A DNA stretch of 64,000 nucleotides from an uncultured Chthonomonadaceae bacterium. Its GTDB lineage: Bacteria > Armatimonadota > Chthonomonadetes > Chthonomonadales > Chthonomonadaceae. The translations under genes were made by a program, and so were the position numbers. This document shows positions 1 through 9,528 of the stretch, piece by piece; positions within the stretch are counted from its first letter, which is position 1, and each line of letters begins with the position of its first letter. The stretch is taken from the NCBI GenBank assembly GCA_963817895.1, contig CAWFQB010000009.1:94868-158867 (forward strand). The letters are read 5' to 3'. Under the pieces are notes generated by a model. That model did no database searches. It saw nothing but the letters and a program-made list of their open reading frames with translations, and had not been told where the DNA came from.

Positions 1-165
1 CCGCTGGCTCAACTCAGGATGGTTGAGCAGCCCATTGAGCAGGCACAAGAATACGACGGGGCCGGGCAACCGTACATTAGGGTGTACATCTATTTCATAG
101 TGACACGCCAGTTGTTCCAAGCGTGTCAGGGGTACAAAGTCAAAGAGTTTTTTCAGAGCAATCAT
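1..165 (-). CDS. Probable IS4-family transposase, N-terminal part (runs off the window start)
   Basis: Manual translation from ATG 165 gives MIALKKLFDFVPLTRLEQLACHYEIDVHPNVRLPGPVVFLCLLNGLLNHPELSQR, which resembles IS4-type transposase N-termini. Not in the ORF track. Confidence 0.5.
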   Translation of the reverse strand, partial: MIALKKLFDFVPLTRLEQLACHYEIDVHPNVRLPGPVVFLCLLNGLLNHPELSQR

Positions 166-283
166 GCTCTGATTTTACAACCAACGGGGCGTACTCGCAA
201 GTGAACGAGCGGGCTTTCGACACTTATGCAGCAAGCAGCGCCCCTACAACGTACCCTGTCATTCTGCATTGACGCCACGCTAA

Positions 284-1584
284 GGGACTCTCAAGAATTA
301 AACTGTTCCATTGGCAACGGTGTCGGGTCGTATCTCGACGAACCACTTGTCCAAGCCGGGTAGTCGGCGTACCTGTGTCTCGACAGCCTTCATGGCTTTC
401 TGGCTCAACTTGACCCCGATGGCGTAGGTCGTTTCCAGCAACTCCACGCTCGGATGCTTTCCCTTCCAGGTCATGGAGCGGGCAAAGTTGACCACGGCGT
501 CTACACTGTCGAGCAAGTCGCCATTCCAATGGTTCTCCAGAACGCCCCAACAGCGTTCGATGGGATTGTACTTGCTGTGGTAAGGCGGATAGTACGCCAA
601 CTGGATGCTCAGCCCGGTTTCGGCGACAAACTGCACCAGCCGATGCAGGAACTGCGTACGTCGGCTGTGACACTCCGGGCCGTTGTCGAGGTTGAGGTGC
701 AGCGTCTTGATATGGGCGAAGCGGACACGATTGGCTTCCCACCAATGCTGCACAATGTCGGCCAGACAGTCACTCGTCACCTTGGAGGTCACCGCATACA
801 AGGCGAGTTCGTCTAAAGACGGCAACAGCAAGCCCGACCGGCGTCACCTGGGCGTCGGGATGAAAGTCATGGTCGGCGGCATGGACCTGCACCCGGTTCT
901 TGCCACCACGGGAATACTCGCCTACCTTGACGGTCGCCTTGGCATCCAGCGAGACCCGCAAGTCATCGGTTCGGCGTCGGCTTGCGGGTTGACCTGGCTC
1001 AAGTGGTCAAAGATGGCGTCGGTTTCGGCGATCTTTTTTTGGGTTGGCTCTTCTGCACCTTCTTGGGATGGTAGCCCAAGAAGGTTGAGCTTGTCGCCGA
1101 ATGGTCTCCTCACAGGGCAGTTCGGCGTCCGTATAGCCTTTTTGCGCAATCAATTGACGCCGCACTTCGGCAGCCGTCAAGCGGGTATAAAGCCGGTTGT
1201 TACGAAACTGCGGGTCGGTCTGGCTTTGCCCATCGACAAGGGCACGGATGTCGTCAAGCAGATGCGGCAAATGCGCTTCGGCAGGTTTGCGTCCGCGCAG
1301 AGCGAAACGCATCGACACAGGTGAAGCCGCTACGCAGTTCATGGGTGCCTTTGCGAATGGTATCGCGGTTCCAGCCGAGTTCGCGTTGGGCGAGGCGCTG
1401 CCCGCCTGCGCCGAGTTCTGCGACGATGCGTGCCATGAACAGGCGGCGGGCACTGCCTTTGAGCGTCTGGGCGGTTTCTCTGAACACGGACTTGAGACTA
1501 TCCGTAAGTTCCACTGAGCCACTCCTGCGTTATATTAGCAGGTTCTTCCATATTTAGTGGCATACTTTAATCTTTGAGAGTCCC
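284..1584 (-). mobile_element. ISAzo13-family insertion sequence, about 1.3 kb
   Basis: Imperfect 27-bp terminal inverted repeats (GGGACTCTCAAGAATTAAACTGTTCCA versus reverse complement GGGACTCTCAAAGATTAAAGTATGCCA). TAA is duplicated at 281-283 and 1585-1587. Confidence 0.9.
298..1514 (-). CDS. ISAzo13-family DDE transposase (several frameshifts)
   Basis: Fragments LKGSARRLFMA, SQTDPQFR, RVSLDAKATVKVGEYSRGG, DNGPE and YYPPYHSKYNPIERCWG are spread over ORFs 1254..1514, 1007..1522, 922..1149, 770..961 and 298..831. Confidence 0.9.
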
Positions 1585-2349
1585 TAAATGCGCCCTCCGT
1601 TCACGCGCACCCATTGCCCGGTGACAAACCCCGACAGGTCGCTGGCGAAAAACAGCGCGACATTCGCCACATCCTGCGCGGTTCCCAATCGCCGCAGCGC
1701 GGTTGTATCGGCAATGTTGCGCTGTCCCTCGGTATACGCGGCGGGGTTTTTGTTCGGGTCTGTGCCATCCTTGTGGGTGTGGCCGGGACTGACGACGTTG
1801 ACGCGAACGCCTTTCGGCCCGATCTCCTGCGCCAAAATGCCTGCGAGATGATTGACCGCCGCCTTGCTCGCGCCATACGCCGATAAGCCTTCCAGATAAT
1901 CGTGTCCCGCGCCCGACGACAGAAAAATAATACTGCCGCCCGGTCGCATTGCATTCGCCGCCGCCCGCACCACATAAAACGCGCCATGCACATTGACCTC
2001 GAACGGCTTCTTCCAATCCTCCGTCGTCATGCCCATCAATGGCCCTCCCGCGCCCGCAGCGGCATCCAAAACGAGAATATCCAGCGCGTTGTCAAACTTA
2101 TCCAACGCCTGCTGCACGGCACCGAACGCCTGCGCTTCGTCCGCAATGTCGGCTTGCAGCGTAAAGTGTTTCGGGCGTATCGGGCAGGGCGCGGAGTTCG
2201 GCAAGCGTTTGTTCCGCCGTCTGCGCGTCACTACGATAAATCGCGCCAACCCGCGCCCCCGCCTGCGCCAGAGTCAGACTAATCGCCTTCCCAATGCCTC
2301 TCGTTCCACCCGTAATCAGCGCGTTTTTGCCTGTCAAATTAATGTTCAT
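1584..2349 (-). CDS. Short-chain dehydrogenase/reductase, FabG-like (one frameshift near 2170)
   Basis: TGGTRGIG nucleotide-binding motif (ORF 2098..2349), YGASK catalytic motif, VRVNVVSPG and VTGQWVRVNGG (ORF 1584..2249). Confidence 0.9.
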
Positions 2350-2366
2350 TTTGGCTTAACCTTGTT

Positions 2367-2675
2367 CTACAGTGAGCGTTCCTGCCTTCGGAGTTGTTCT
2401 TCCGACGAAATTTCTCGCCAATTTCGCTCTTTACGTTCCCACAGTTTGTGACACGTACCGCAGCGAAACTCATCAATGCCGATAGGCCATGATAAAACAG
2501 GCGGGAAGACAATGCTGGCTTCTCCGTGGGCCTGACATTCGGGACACCGGGTAAGTTTTCGCGCTAGGAAAATAATCAGCATTAACAAACCGATGCCGAT
2601 TACAGCCGGAAGCAGCCAACATAATACAAGACAACCGCCAATGTTGTGAAAAAGCATACGTATTTTGAACACCAT
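2367..2675 (-). CDS. Hypothetical membrane protein with a possible zinc ribbon
   Basis: Hydrophobic N-terminus followed by CPEC and CGTC. Confidence 0.5.
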   Translation of the reverse strand: MVFKIRMLFHNIGGCLVLCWLLPAVIGIGLLMLIIFLARKLTRCPECQAHGEASIVFPPVLSWPIGIDEFRCGTCHKLWERKERNWREISSEEQLRRQERSL

Positions 2676-2790
2676 ACCGCGATTATGATCCTGTAATTAG
2701 AACGGTCCGCAAAATCTACTGTGGCAGTCGGATAAATCCTCAATGGGGCGTCCAGTAGCAGCGTCGAATAGTACGTGGCGCGCTCTTCAC

Positions 2791-3588
2791 CTACTGGCCG
2801 CGCAATTTGTCGCGCATCTCTGCCAATTTCTCTGTTGCGTGTGTGTTGTACGGGTTTAACCGCACTGCCAGCGTGTACTCCTGTTGTGCCTTTGGCAAGT
2901 CGCCGCGCACCTCTGCTATATCACCGATATCCATGTGCGCTTCTGCCTGTGTCGTTACGTCCGCTCGGTCACGCGCAGCCTCTAAGAAGTAGCCTTCGGC
3001 CTTATCATAGTGCTTCTTCTCTGCGGCGAGCGCTCCCAGAGAGAGCGAGACGAACCCCTGTTTGGGGTCCAGAGCAAGGCTTTGTTTATATGCGGTCTCC
3101 GCCTGATCATAGTGCTTCATACCCCACTCACAGTTCCCCATTTCCCGGTACGCTACGCTCGCTATCATAGGCTGCATTTTGACCATAGGAGGAATGTGCC
3201 CGAACGCCTCTACTGCTTCGGTGAGCCGACCACATCCCATAAGGCTGTATCCCAGGTATCGGTACACCTGCCATTGTCCCAGGTGCAGATGCAGTCCCGT
3301 GTGGAAGGCATCAACAGCATCCGTGTACCGCTTGTCACGGAAGTAGGCCACGCCGAGCGTGAAGTACGCACTCGCGTCCGAGGGGCGGGCGCGTACTTTT
3401 GCCAGCGCGTTGCTTACTGTTGGTATCTTGGAAGGCACGTACACTCGGTCGGCAATCAGGGGATATGACTTCATCGGGGCGGGGGCGTTCTGCGTCGCCA
3501 TGCCACTCTCTCGTTTCCCGCAACCCAAGCCAGACAATACCAAAGCGCAGGCGCAAGTGGCAATCATTCCCTGTGGTGTAAGTCGCAT
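2791..3588 (-). CDS. TPR-repeat lipoprotein
   Basis: Lipobox-like LSGLGC after a signal peptide. Repeated TPR patterns such as AYFTLGVAY, AETAYKQSLALDP and AVRLNP. Confidence 0.8.
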   Translation of the reverse strand: MRLTPQGMIATCACALVLSGLGCGKRESGMATQNAPAPMKSYPLIADRVYVPSKIPTVSNALAKVRARPSDASAYFTLGVAYFRDKRYTDAVDAFHTGLHLHLGQWQVYRYLGYSLMGCGRLTEAVEAFGHIPPMVKMQPMIASVAYREMGNCEWGMKHYDQAETAYKQSLALDPKQGFVSLSLGALAAEKKHYDKAEGYFLEAARDRADVTTQAEAHMDIGDIAEVRGDLPKAQQEYTLAVRLNPYNTHATEKLAEMRDKLRGQ

Positions 3589-3863
3589 ATCCATCTCTCC
3601 CATGTACGGCGTCCAGAGGGCGTCCGTGTCCATCCATACGGACAACCCAAGTTGCTACCTTGATTTCTGAATTTGAAGCTATCAGGCGCAAAGTGCTACT
3701 TTTGGTATACTACTATCTCAAACACGGTTTAAGGTAGCAACTTGGGTTACGGATAATATTTTACATTCGTTAAATTGTATACTCACATGTGGATTGCCAT
3801 TTGTCGGGAAAGTAGGCAACGGCTTTATTGAGAATACCGTACTAAAATTACATCAGCAGCAGA

Positions 3864-4557
3864 ATGTTTCAGGAAGAGGTTTCGTGTGGCAGACAAAAAC
3901 GTATCTGTAGCCAACATCAGCCAATTAACAGTCCCATTCGTTGGGTTGGGGGCAAGTCGCGCCTGCGCAAGCAGATTATTCCCTTACTGCCTCCGCATAC
4001 CTGCTATGTGGAACCCTTTGCCGGGGGCGCGTGGGTGCTATTCGGCAAGCCGTCGAGTCCTGTGGAAGTTCTCAACGACGTAGATCAGGAACTCATCAAC
4101 TTTTTCCGCGTCGTGAAGAACTGCCCTGAAAAGTTAATCCAATCCTTTGAATGGGAACTGGTTGCCCGCGCCGAATTTCAGCGACTTGCCGGTCTTGATC
4201 CCGCCGAACTTGATGAAGTGCAGCGCGCCCACCGCTTCTATTACCTCATTATGGCGGGATGGGGCGGGGAATTGGACTACCCGCGCTTTCAAACCAGTAT
4301 CACGGATGGCGGCGGCGGCAATCGTCTTATCGGCGCGTTAAAGACGCTGCAAGAGCGTTTGAAACCGGTGCATGACCGTCTGCGCTCCGTCATTATCGAA
4401 TGTCTGGATTGGCAGCAGTGCCTCGACCGCTATGACCGACGGAAATACGCGCGTCCTCAATCGCGAAGTGTTGATTGCCAACTTCAACCTGCGCGAACAG
4501 AAACCCTCCATGGACGAAGAGAAATCGCAGGCCATTCTCACTCTGGATGCGGCGTAG
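3864..4557 (+). pseudogene. Dam-like (D12 class) N6-adenine DNA methyltransferase with an internal deletion
   Basis: SPIRWVGGKSRL, YVEPFAGG and EVLNDVD are present. After IIECLDWQQCLDRYDR the DPPY motif is absent, and the typical C-terminus (EVLIANF) follows directly in another frame. Confidence 0.8.
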
Positions 4558-4589
4558 CAGGCAAACCGCTTAAACACAGCACAATCCCA

Positions 4590-4644
4590 CGTCCGAAGGA
4601 CGTTTAGCGGAACGCTACACAGACGGGTACGTTCTCTGTACCCG
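4590..4644. repeat. 55-bp three-hairpin dispersed repeat, copy 1
   Basis: CGTCC-GAA-GGACG, TAGCG-GAA-CGCTA and GGGTAC-N7-GTACCC. Aligns without gaps to the reverse complement of 54574..54628. Confidence 0.85.
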
Positions 4645-4675
4645 AAACGCATGGCTCCTCCTTCATCCTTCGCTA

Positions 4676-5938
4676 TCACGCATCCAAAATCAATATCCAA
4701 TCCGGGCCACTCGGAACCGGGGGCGTGAATTCATGCGTGGTATTGGGATAATCGCCGCCGGGTGTTACTTTGCCGCTGCGCGGATCGTACCATGAGGCGC
4801 GGAGGGAGTTGCCCGCCAGTCTGCTCAGGTCAATGCCTGCGGTCTTGTGCAGGGGGAAATACACAAAAGCGTAATGGCCGTGTTCGTCCCGCGTGGCCTG
4901 CAAATGCTCCATGCCCTCGCCCTGCCCGGACGCAATCAAACTCTGGTCGGGAATACGGGACAGAAACGGACGCGACTCCAGCAGATGCCGAACATGAAGC
5001 ATCTGGTTCGCGCCCGGCAATACTAAAGCGTCCTTCCAATCGGTACGCGCCGAAGAAACCGCCGGGAAATCCGCCGCGCCCAAAAACTGCCAGATGTCGT
5101 GACAGCCATACGTGTGCCCGCAGGCTCCCGCGAACAGGTCCCAGTACGCGAATTTGCGAACGTCGTGGGCGTCCAGAAAGCCGTTCTTCGGATCGAAGCT
5201 GCTCGGATGGTCTTCGTAGCCGGGTTCCGCGTCCAGACACGGCTTTGTGGGCGACAGCGCGTAATCGTGAGCAATCGAGTTGTAGCAGTCCCGGTTACGA
5301 ACATGCCCCGTCTGGTACATGTTGAAGTCCAGCCAGTCGGCATGATGAAAATATTGCGACGAGGTTTGCTGCCCCTGCGGATGAAATGTTTGCAGATGCG
5401 CCCCGCCGTCGCCCGCCTTCAACCCCGCCGCCATGTTCCGAATAATGGCTGTATGCGTCTCGGTTTCAACCGGACGGTCCCCGCCAAGTATCCAGATAAT
5501 GGGTTTGTCGCGATAACGTTTGCCCAAAAACTCGCCCCACCCGAAAGCGTTTTCGGGCGTGAACAACTCCGGCCCTGCGCCCCACTTTTTGTTCCACTTG
5601 TCGCCCCACGTCGGCAGCATCCCCGTCCATATCTTATGCGAGGCGGCTTTATCTACAATATAATCCACATGCTGAAAGTACGCTTCCACAGGCTGCTTGA
5701 CATCGTTGTTGACCAGCGGCAGATGCCCGTACGGATTGGGCTTATCGAAGCCATGTTCAGCAAGAACAACGGCCTGAATCACGGTAAAGCCCTGCTTCGC
5801 CCGCGTCTGTAGATAGTGATCGGCCTGTTCGCGGTTCAGCCGGTGAAACAGTTCCCATGCGGTATCGCCCAGATAAAAGAACGGCGTCTGGTTCTCATAC
5901 ACCAGAAAACGCTTGTTGTCGCTCACGCGCAGTCGCAT
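4676..5938 (-). CDS. DUF4038 / GH140 apiosidase-like glycoside hydrolase with a C-terminal collagen-binding-like domain
   Basis: PFFYLGDTAWELFHRL, QGFTVIQAVVLAE, IIWILGGDR, KPCLDAEPGYEDHP, GHTYG and WYDPRSG. Confidence 0.85.
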   Translation of the reverse strand: MRLRVSDNKRFLVYENQTPFFYLGDTAWELFHRLNREQADHYLQTRAKQGFTVIQAVVLAEHGFDKPNPYGHLPLVNNDVKQPVEAYFQHVDYIVDKAASHKIWTGMLPTWGDKWNKKWGAGPELFTPENAFGWGEFLGKRYRDKPIIWILGGDRPVETETHTAIIRNMAAGLKAGDGGAHLQTFHPQGQQTSSQYFHHADWLDFNMYQTGHVRNRDCYNSIAHDYALSPTKPCLDAEPGYEDHPSSFDPKNGFLDAHDVRKFAYWDLFAGACGHTYGCHDIWQFLGAADFPAVSSARTDWKDALVLPGANQMLHVRHLLESRPFLSRIPDQSLIASGQGEGMEHLQATRDEHGHYAFVYFPLHKTAGIDLSRLAGNSLRASWYDPRSGKVTPGGDYPNTTHEFTPPVPSGPDWILILDA

Positions 5939-5953
5939 CGTTGCTCCCTCATC

Positions 5954-5978
5954 AGGTTGTTAGTTGTTAGTTGTTAGG
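5954..5978. repeat. Heptamer tandem repeat (GTTGTTA)3
   Basis: aggttgttagttgttagttgttagg. The same unit occurs at 48216..48290. Confidence 0.8.
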
Positions 5979-6013
5979 TCAATGCGGGTACGCGGCGTTG
6001 GGGAAGGCTGTTC

Positions 6014-7216
6014 TTATGGTTCGCTGATAACGCCAAGGAACAGCAGCGCATCGGAATCGGAATTTACAATCGCGCAAACAAACGGGCGGTCTGCGACAAA
6101 ATTAAAGCGCGGCGCTTCGACATAGGCGCAGCCGGCAGTCATTTCGATTGCGGTAACAGCCGCCGCCTCTGTGCCTTTCTCATTAACTTCGACAAAGGCG
6201 CGATGTTTGACGCCGGTGAGGAAGAACTCCTTTGCCAATCGCTCAAAATCTGCCTGCGGCCACTCAAACGCTATGCCCATTCCCATGTTTGCAAGAGGCT
6301 CACGTAGTTCTACCGCGTAATCAAGGCGGAAACGCGGCAGGGCGATGTCGCCCTCACACTCCTGCATCTGCGTTCGATAGTTATTCCAATTTTCCGGCGT
6401 GAGTTGGGTCAAAAACCTGTCCATGCGGGTTTTAGGGTCCGGCAGCAGTATCCGCATGTGAAACCGTTCGCCTTTGTAGGGCAATTGAACGGCCTGAAAG
6501 TTTTTACCCTGATGATACAAGTACGCGCCGCCCTGACGCATTTGCGGACACGTTAGTTTTCTGCCGTCTTCACAGGCGAACAGACAGTAGCGCGTCAATC
6601 CTTTCTCAAATGGATCACGCCACAGGCCTTTGAAATAGATCGCGTTGAGCAGAATGGCATCGGTATCCGCCATGTCCTCATCCCTGACAATGGAGGGTAT
6701 TTTGCCGTTCGTCGCCTGCGAAACCCACTGGTTGATAGACGCTGCGGTTTCCGGCAACACGCCGACTTCCGCGCGATAAATCTCCTTCAAACCGCTCACC
6801 ACTTCCGGGTTGAACACGAACGGCTTGCGGACAAACAGAGCGTTCGCGATACGCGCCTGAACGCCCTCCTGCGTCGCGTCGAAACTTTGCAGCAGTTTGG
6901 CATTGAATTGGTTCAGGGCTTCCAAAGTAGTGTCGCCAAGTTGAAGCGCCTGCGCCATTGCCTGCCGCGTTGTGCCGCCCGCGCCGTTGTACACCATTTG
7001 CAGCGCGAGCGCAATGCTGACGGGCGAGAAAAATACGCTCTTGCCCTGCTGTTGTTTGCGCAGTTGGGCAAGCAGAGCGAATCCGAAAGCATTATTGGCG
7101 GCTGTCAATTGCGCGTCACCATCCAACAAATCAGTAGTACCTTCCTGATTGGAGGATTGCTGAGAATCTTGCTGCTCGTGCCAGGGCCAAAATCGTGTCC
7201 TTGAATGGTCAGCCAT
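6014..7216 (-). CDS. Serpin-family protein
   Basis: FFSPVSIALAL, INQWVSQATNGKI, LLNAIYFKGLW, hinge EVNEKGTEAAAVT and FVADRPF. Confidence 0.95.
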   Translation of the reverse strand: MADHSRTRFWPWHEQQDSQQSSNQEGTTDLLDGDAQLTAANNAFGFALLAQLRKQQQGKSVFFSPVSIALALQMVYNGAGGTTRQAMAQALQLGDTTLEALNQFNAKLLQSFDATQEGVQARIANALFVRKPFVFNPEVVSGLKEIYRAEVGVLPETAASINQWVSQATNGKIPSIVRDEDMADTDAILLNAIYFKGLWRDPFEKGLTRYCLFACEDGRKLTCPQMRQGGAYLYHQGKNFQAVQLPYKGERFHMRILLPDPKTRMDRFLTQLTPENWNNYRTQMQECEGDIALPRFRLDYAVELREPLANMGMGIAFEWPQADFERLAKEFFLTGVKHRAFVEVNEKGTEAAAVTAIEMTAGCAYVEAPRFNFVADRPFVCAIVNSDSDALLFLGVISEP

Positions 7217-7313
7217 GTTCGTTTCGCCTCCCTGATATGGATATGCGACGTACTGGAAACGCGCGTTTGTTCGCCAACCGGCAAAACTAACGACCAGCCA
7301 CTAACCACCCACT

Positions 7314-8237
7314 TCACGCTTCCAGATAGCGAATATCCTCTTCGGTCAGCGTGACGCCGATGGCGGGCAGGCTGGATTCCAGTTCCTCCACTGTGCGCGG
7401 GCCGAACAGGGCGAAGACCGGAAACGGCTGATGCAGCACATACGCGAGGGCGATGTTGTTGGCCGTCGCGCCGTGTTTTGCGCCGATCTCCTGCGCGCGT
7501 TTCAGGCGTTCCCAGTTCTGGTCGCTGTAAAAGATGCGCTCCACATCCGCGTTGGTATGTACATCCGGCGTATAGCGTCCTGTGAAAAAGCCGCTGGCCT
7601 GCGCCGACCAGGGAAAGAGGGGGAACTGGTGTTCCTTATGCCACGCTTTGCCCGCCTCATCCAGTGTCACGCAACCCGCCCACATCGGGCCGGAGGGGAC
7701 GGCAAAACTCAGGTGTGGACTGCTGGCGACGAAGGGCTTCAAGCCGTACATTCCGGCGTAGTTATTCGCTTCCTGTATGCGTTTGGTTGTCCAGTTGCTG
7801 CCGCCGAACGCCCGAATTTTGCCCAACCGGCACTGCTCATTCAAACACTCCACAATCGGGCCGACAGGAACGTTCGGATCGTCGCGGTGCAGCAGGTACA
7901 GGTCAATGGTTTCGATTTGCAGCCGATTCAGGCTTTCGGTCAAATCGGCCAGTATCGCTTCCGGGTTGACGCGCGAACCATTGCTGTCGTGGTGCGCTCC
8001 CTTGTCCAGAACAACCATCTTCTCGCGGTTATTGTCCCGGTTGAGCCAGTTGCCGACTGCCCGCTCGCTTTTGCCGCTCCCATAAATATGCGCCGTATCC
8101 AGGCACGTTCCGCCCGCCGCCACAAACGCATCCAGCAGGGCGTTCGTCACGTCCTGATTGTCCGGCGAACACGCCATTGTGCCAAGTACCAGTTCCGAAA
8201 TCGGCTGTTCCAGACCGTCTACGCTGCCGTGCTTCAT
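7314..8237 (-). CDS. Aldo/keto reductase
   Basis: LVLGTM, DTAHIYG, SLNRLQIETIDLYLLHRDD and GKIRAFGGSNW. Confidence 0.92.
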   Translation of the reverse strand: MKHGSVDGLEQPISELVLGTMACSPDNQDVTNALLDAFVAAGGTCLDTAHIYGSGKSERAVGNWLNRDNNREKMVVLDKGAHHDSNGSRVNPEAILADLTESLNRLQIETIDLYLLHRDDPNVPVGPIVECLNEQCRLGKIRAFGGSNWTTKRIQEANNYAGMYGLKPFVASSPHLSFAVPSGPMWAGCVTLDEAGKAWHKEHQFPLFPWSAQASGFFTGRYTPDVHTNADVERIFYSDQNWERLKRAQEIGAKHGATANNIALAYVLHQPFPVFALFGPRTVEELESSLPAIGVTLTEEDIRYLEA

Positions 8238-8374
8238 TTGAACTCCTTATGGTAAACTTACGGAAGATTTGATTTTCATTATGGCACGATTTTGGGCGTT
8301 GCAAGTGAAGGAGGCAACAAGCAATCAGAATAAGGCTACGAAGGGTTGTCGCTAAACAGGCGCGGAAATGGGAT

Positions 8375-9193
8375 ATGGCACGAAGTATGAGCATACGAAA
8401 TAGTACGACAATGCGGGTAGCGGTCACTCTGGCGCTGACAACGCTGACGGCAGGAGGCATTATTCGGCTGCGCTTGCCGGTCGGAGTGAACGCGCAGCAG
8501 CAAGCGAAAGAGCGCGCGCTGACGCCGCCGGGCATGGTGTACGTGCCGGGTGGCGAGTGTCTGCTCGGCAGCGATGACCCGGACAAGGACGAGGATATTG
8601 CGCCGCTGCACCGCGAGAACGTGCCCTCGTTTTATATGGATCGGACGGAAGTGACCAATGCGGAGTACAAGCGCGTCGTGCCGTCTCACGAGTTTCCGCT
8701 TGGGGAAGCCAATCTGCCGGTCACGAACGTAATCTATGCGGAAGCCGAGGCATACGCGAAAAAGGTGGGCAAGCGGTTGCCAACGGAAGCGGAGTGGGAA
8801 AAGGCGGCGCGTGGCACGGACGGCAGGAAGTTTCCGTGGGGAAACGACTTTGATGCCAATCGAGTTGCAAGCCGCGCCCACCCCGGCAAAACCCTGACTT
8901 CGCGCCCGTCCATGGTGAAAAAGCCCGGACAGTGCGCTATCGGCACATCGCGGGTTCGCCCGGTGGGAAGCGTCCCGTCCGGCGTCAGTCCCTACGGCTG
9001 CGTGGATATGGCGGGCAATGCGTGGGAGTGGGTACAGGGCTTCAATCAGGGGAACCAGCAGCAACGTTTGTTACGGGGCGGGGCTGTCGGCTACGGTCAG
9101 CGCGACCTGCGCACGTATTCTCACGCCATCGAAGGCGCGGAAGCAACGTGACGCGACACCGGATTTCGCTGCGCGAAATCAATCAACAACTGA
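8375..9193 (+). CDS. FGE-sulfatase (SUMF1/EgtB/PvdO) family exported protein with an in-frame TGA at 9149-9151 (possible selenocysteine)
   Basis: MVYVPGG, FYMDRTEVTNAEY, KRLPTEAEWEKAARG, DMAGNAWEW and RGG. The conserved terminal GFRC lies in frame after the TGA (T*RDTGFRCAKSINN*). The family call is firm; the end coordinate depends on readthrough. Confidence 0.85.
9162..9180 (+). promoter_or_regulatory. Candidate bacterial SECIS hairpin
   Basis: Perfect 8-bp stem GATTTCGC/GCGAAATC with loop TGC, starting after a 10-nt spacer downstream of the in-frame TGA. Confidence 0.5.
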
Positions 9194-9240
9194 ACCTACA
9201 AAGTTGGTACAGATGTTCTTTCCATCAATCCTGACACGGG

Positions 9241-9278
9241 AAAAGCCGCTTGAAGCACTGGCTTCAAGCGGCTGTTTC
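9241..9278. terminator. Bidirectional intrinsic terminator between the FGE gene and the tRNAs
   Basis: AAAAGCCGCTTGAAGC-actg-GCTTCAAGCGGCTGTTT. Confidence 0.75.
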
Positions 9279-9292
9279 AACTACAAACAAAG

Positions 9293-9367
9293 GGCGACTT
9301 ACCGGATTTGAACCGGTGACCTCCTGCTCCACAAACAGGCGTTCTAACCAACTGAACTAAAATCGCC
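9293..9367 (-). tRNA. tRNA-His(GUG)
   Basis: Cloverleaf with G-1 and C73, anticodon loop TTGTGGA and T-loop TTCAAAT. CCA is not encoded. Confidence 0.93.
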
Positions 9368-9419
9368 ATAACACCTCAAGTATGCCATACTACCGAATAT
9401 CTGTCAAGAAAAATCTCAA

Positions 9420-9494
9420 TACGCCCGGAGGGACTCGAACCCCCGACCTTGAAGGTAGAAGCTTCTTGCTCTGATCCAACTGAGCTACGGGCGC
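9420..9494 (-). tRNA. tRNA-Arg(UCU)
   Basis: Acceptor stem GCGCCCG/CGGGCGT, anticodon loop CTTCTAC and T-loop TTCGAGT. Confidence 0.9.
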
Positions 9495-9528
9495 GTAAAA
9501 ACAGAAGTAAATAAATTTACCATAATTA

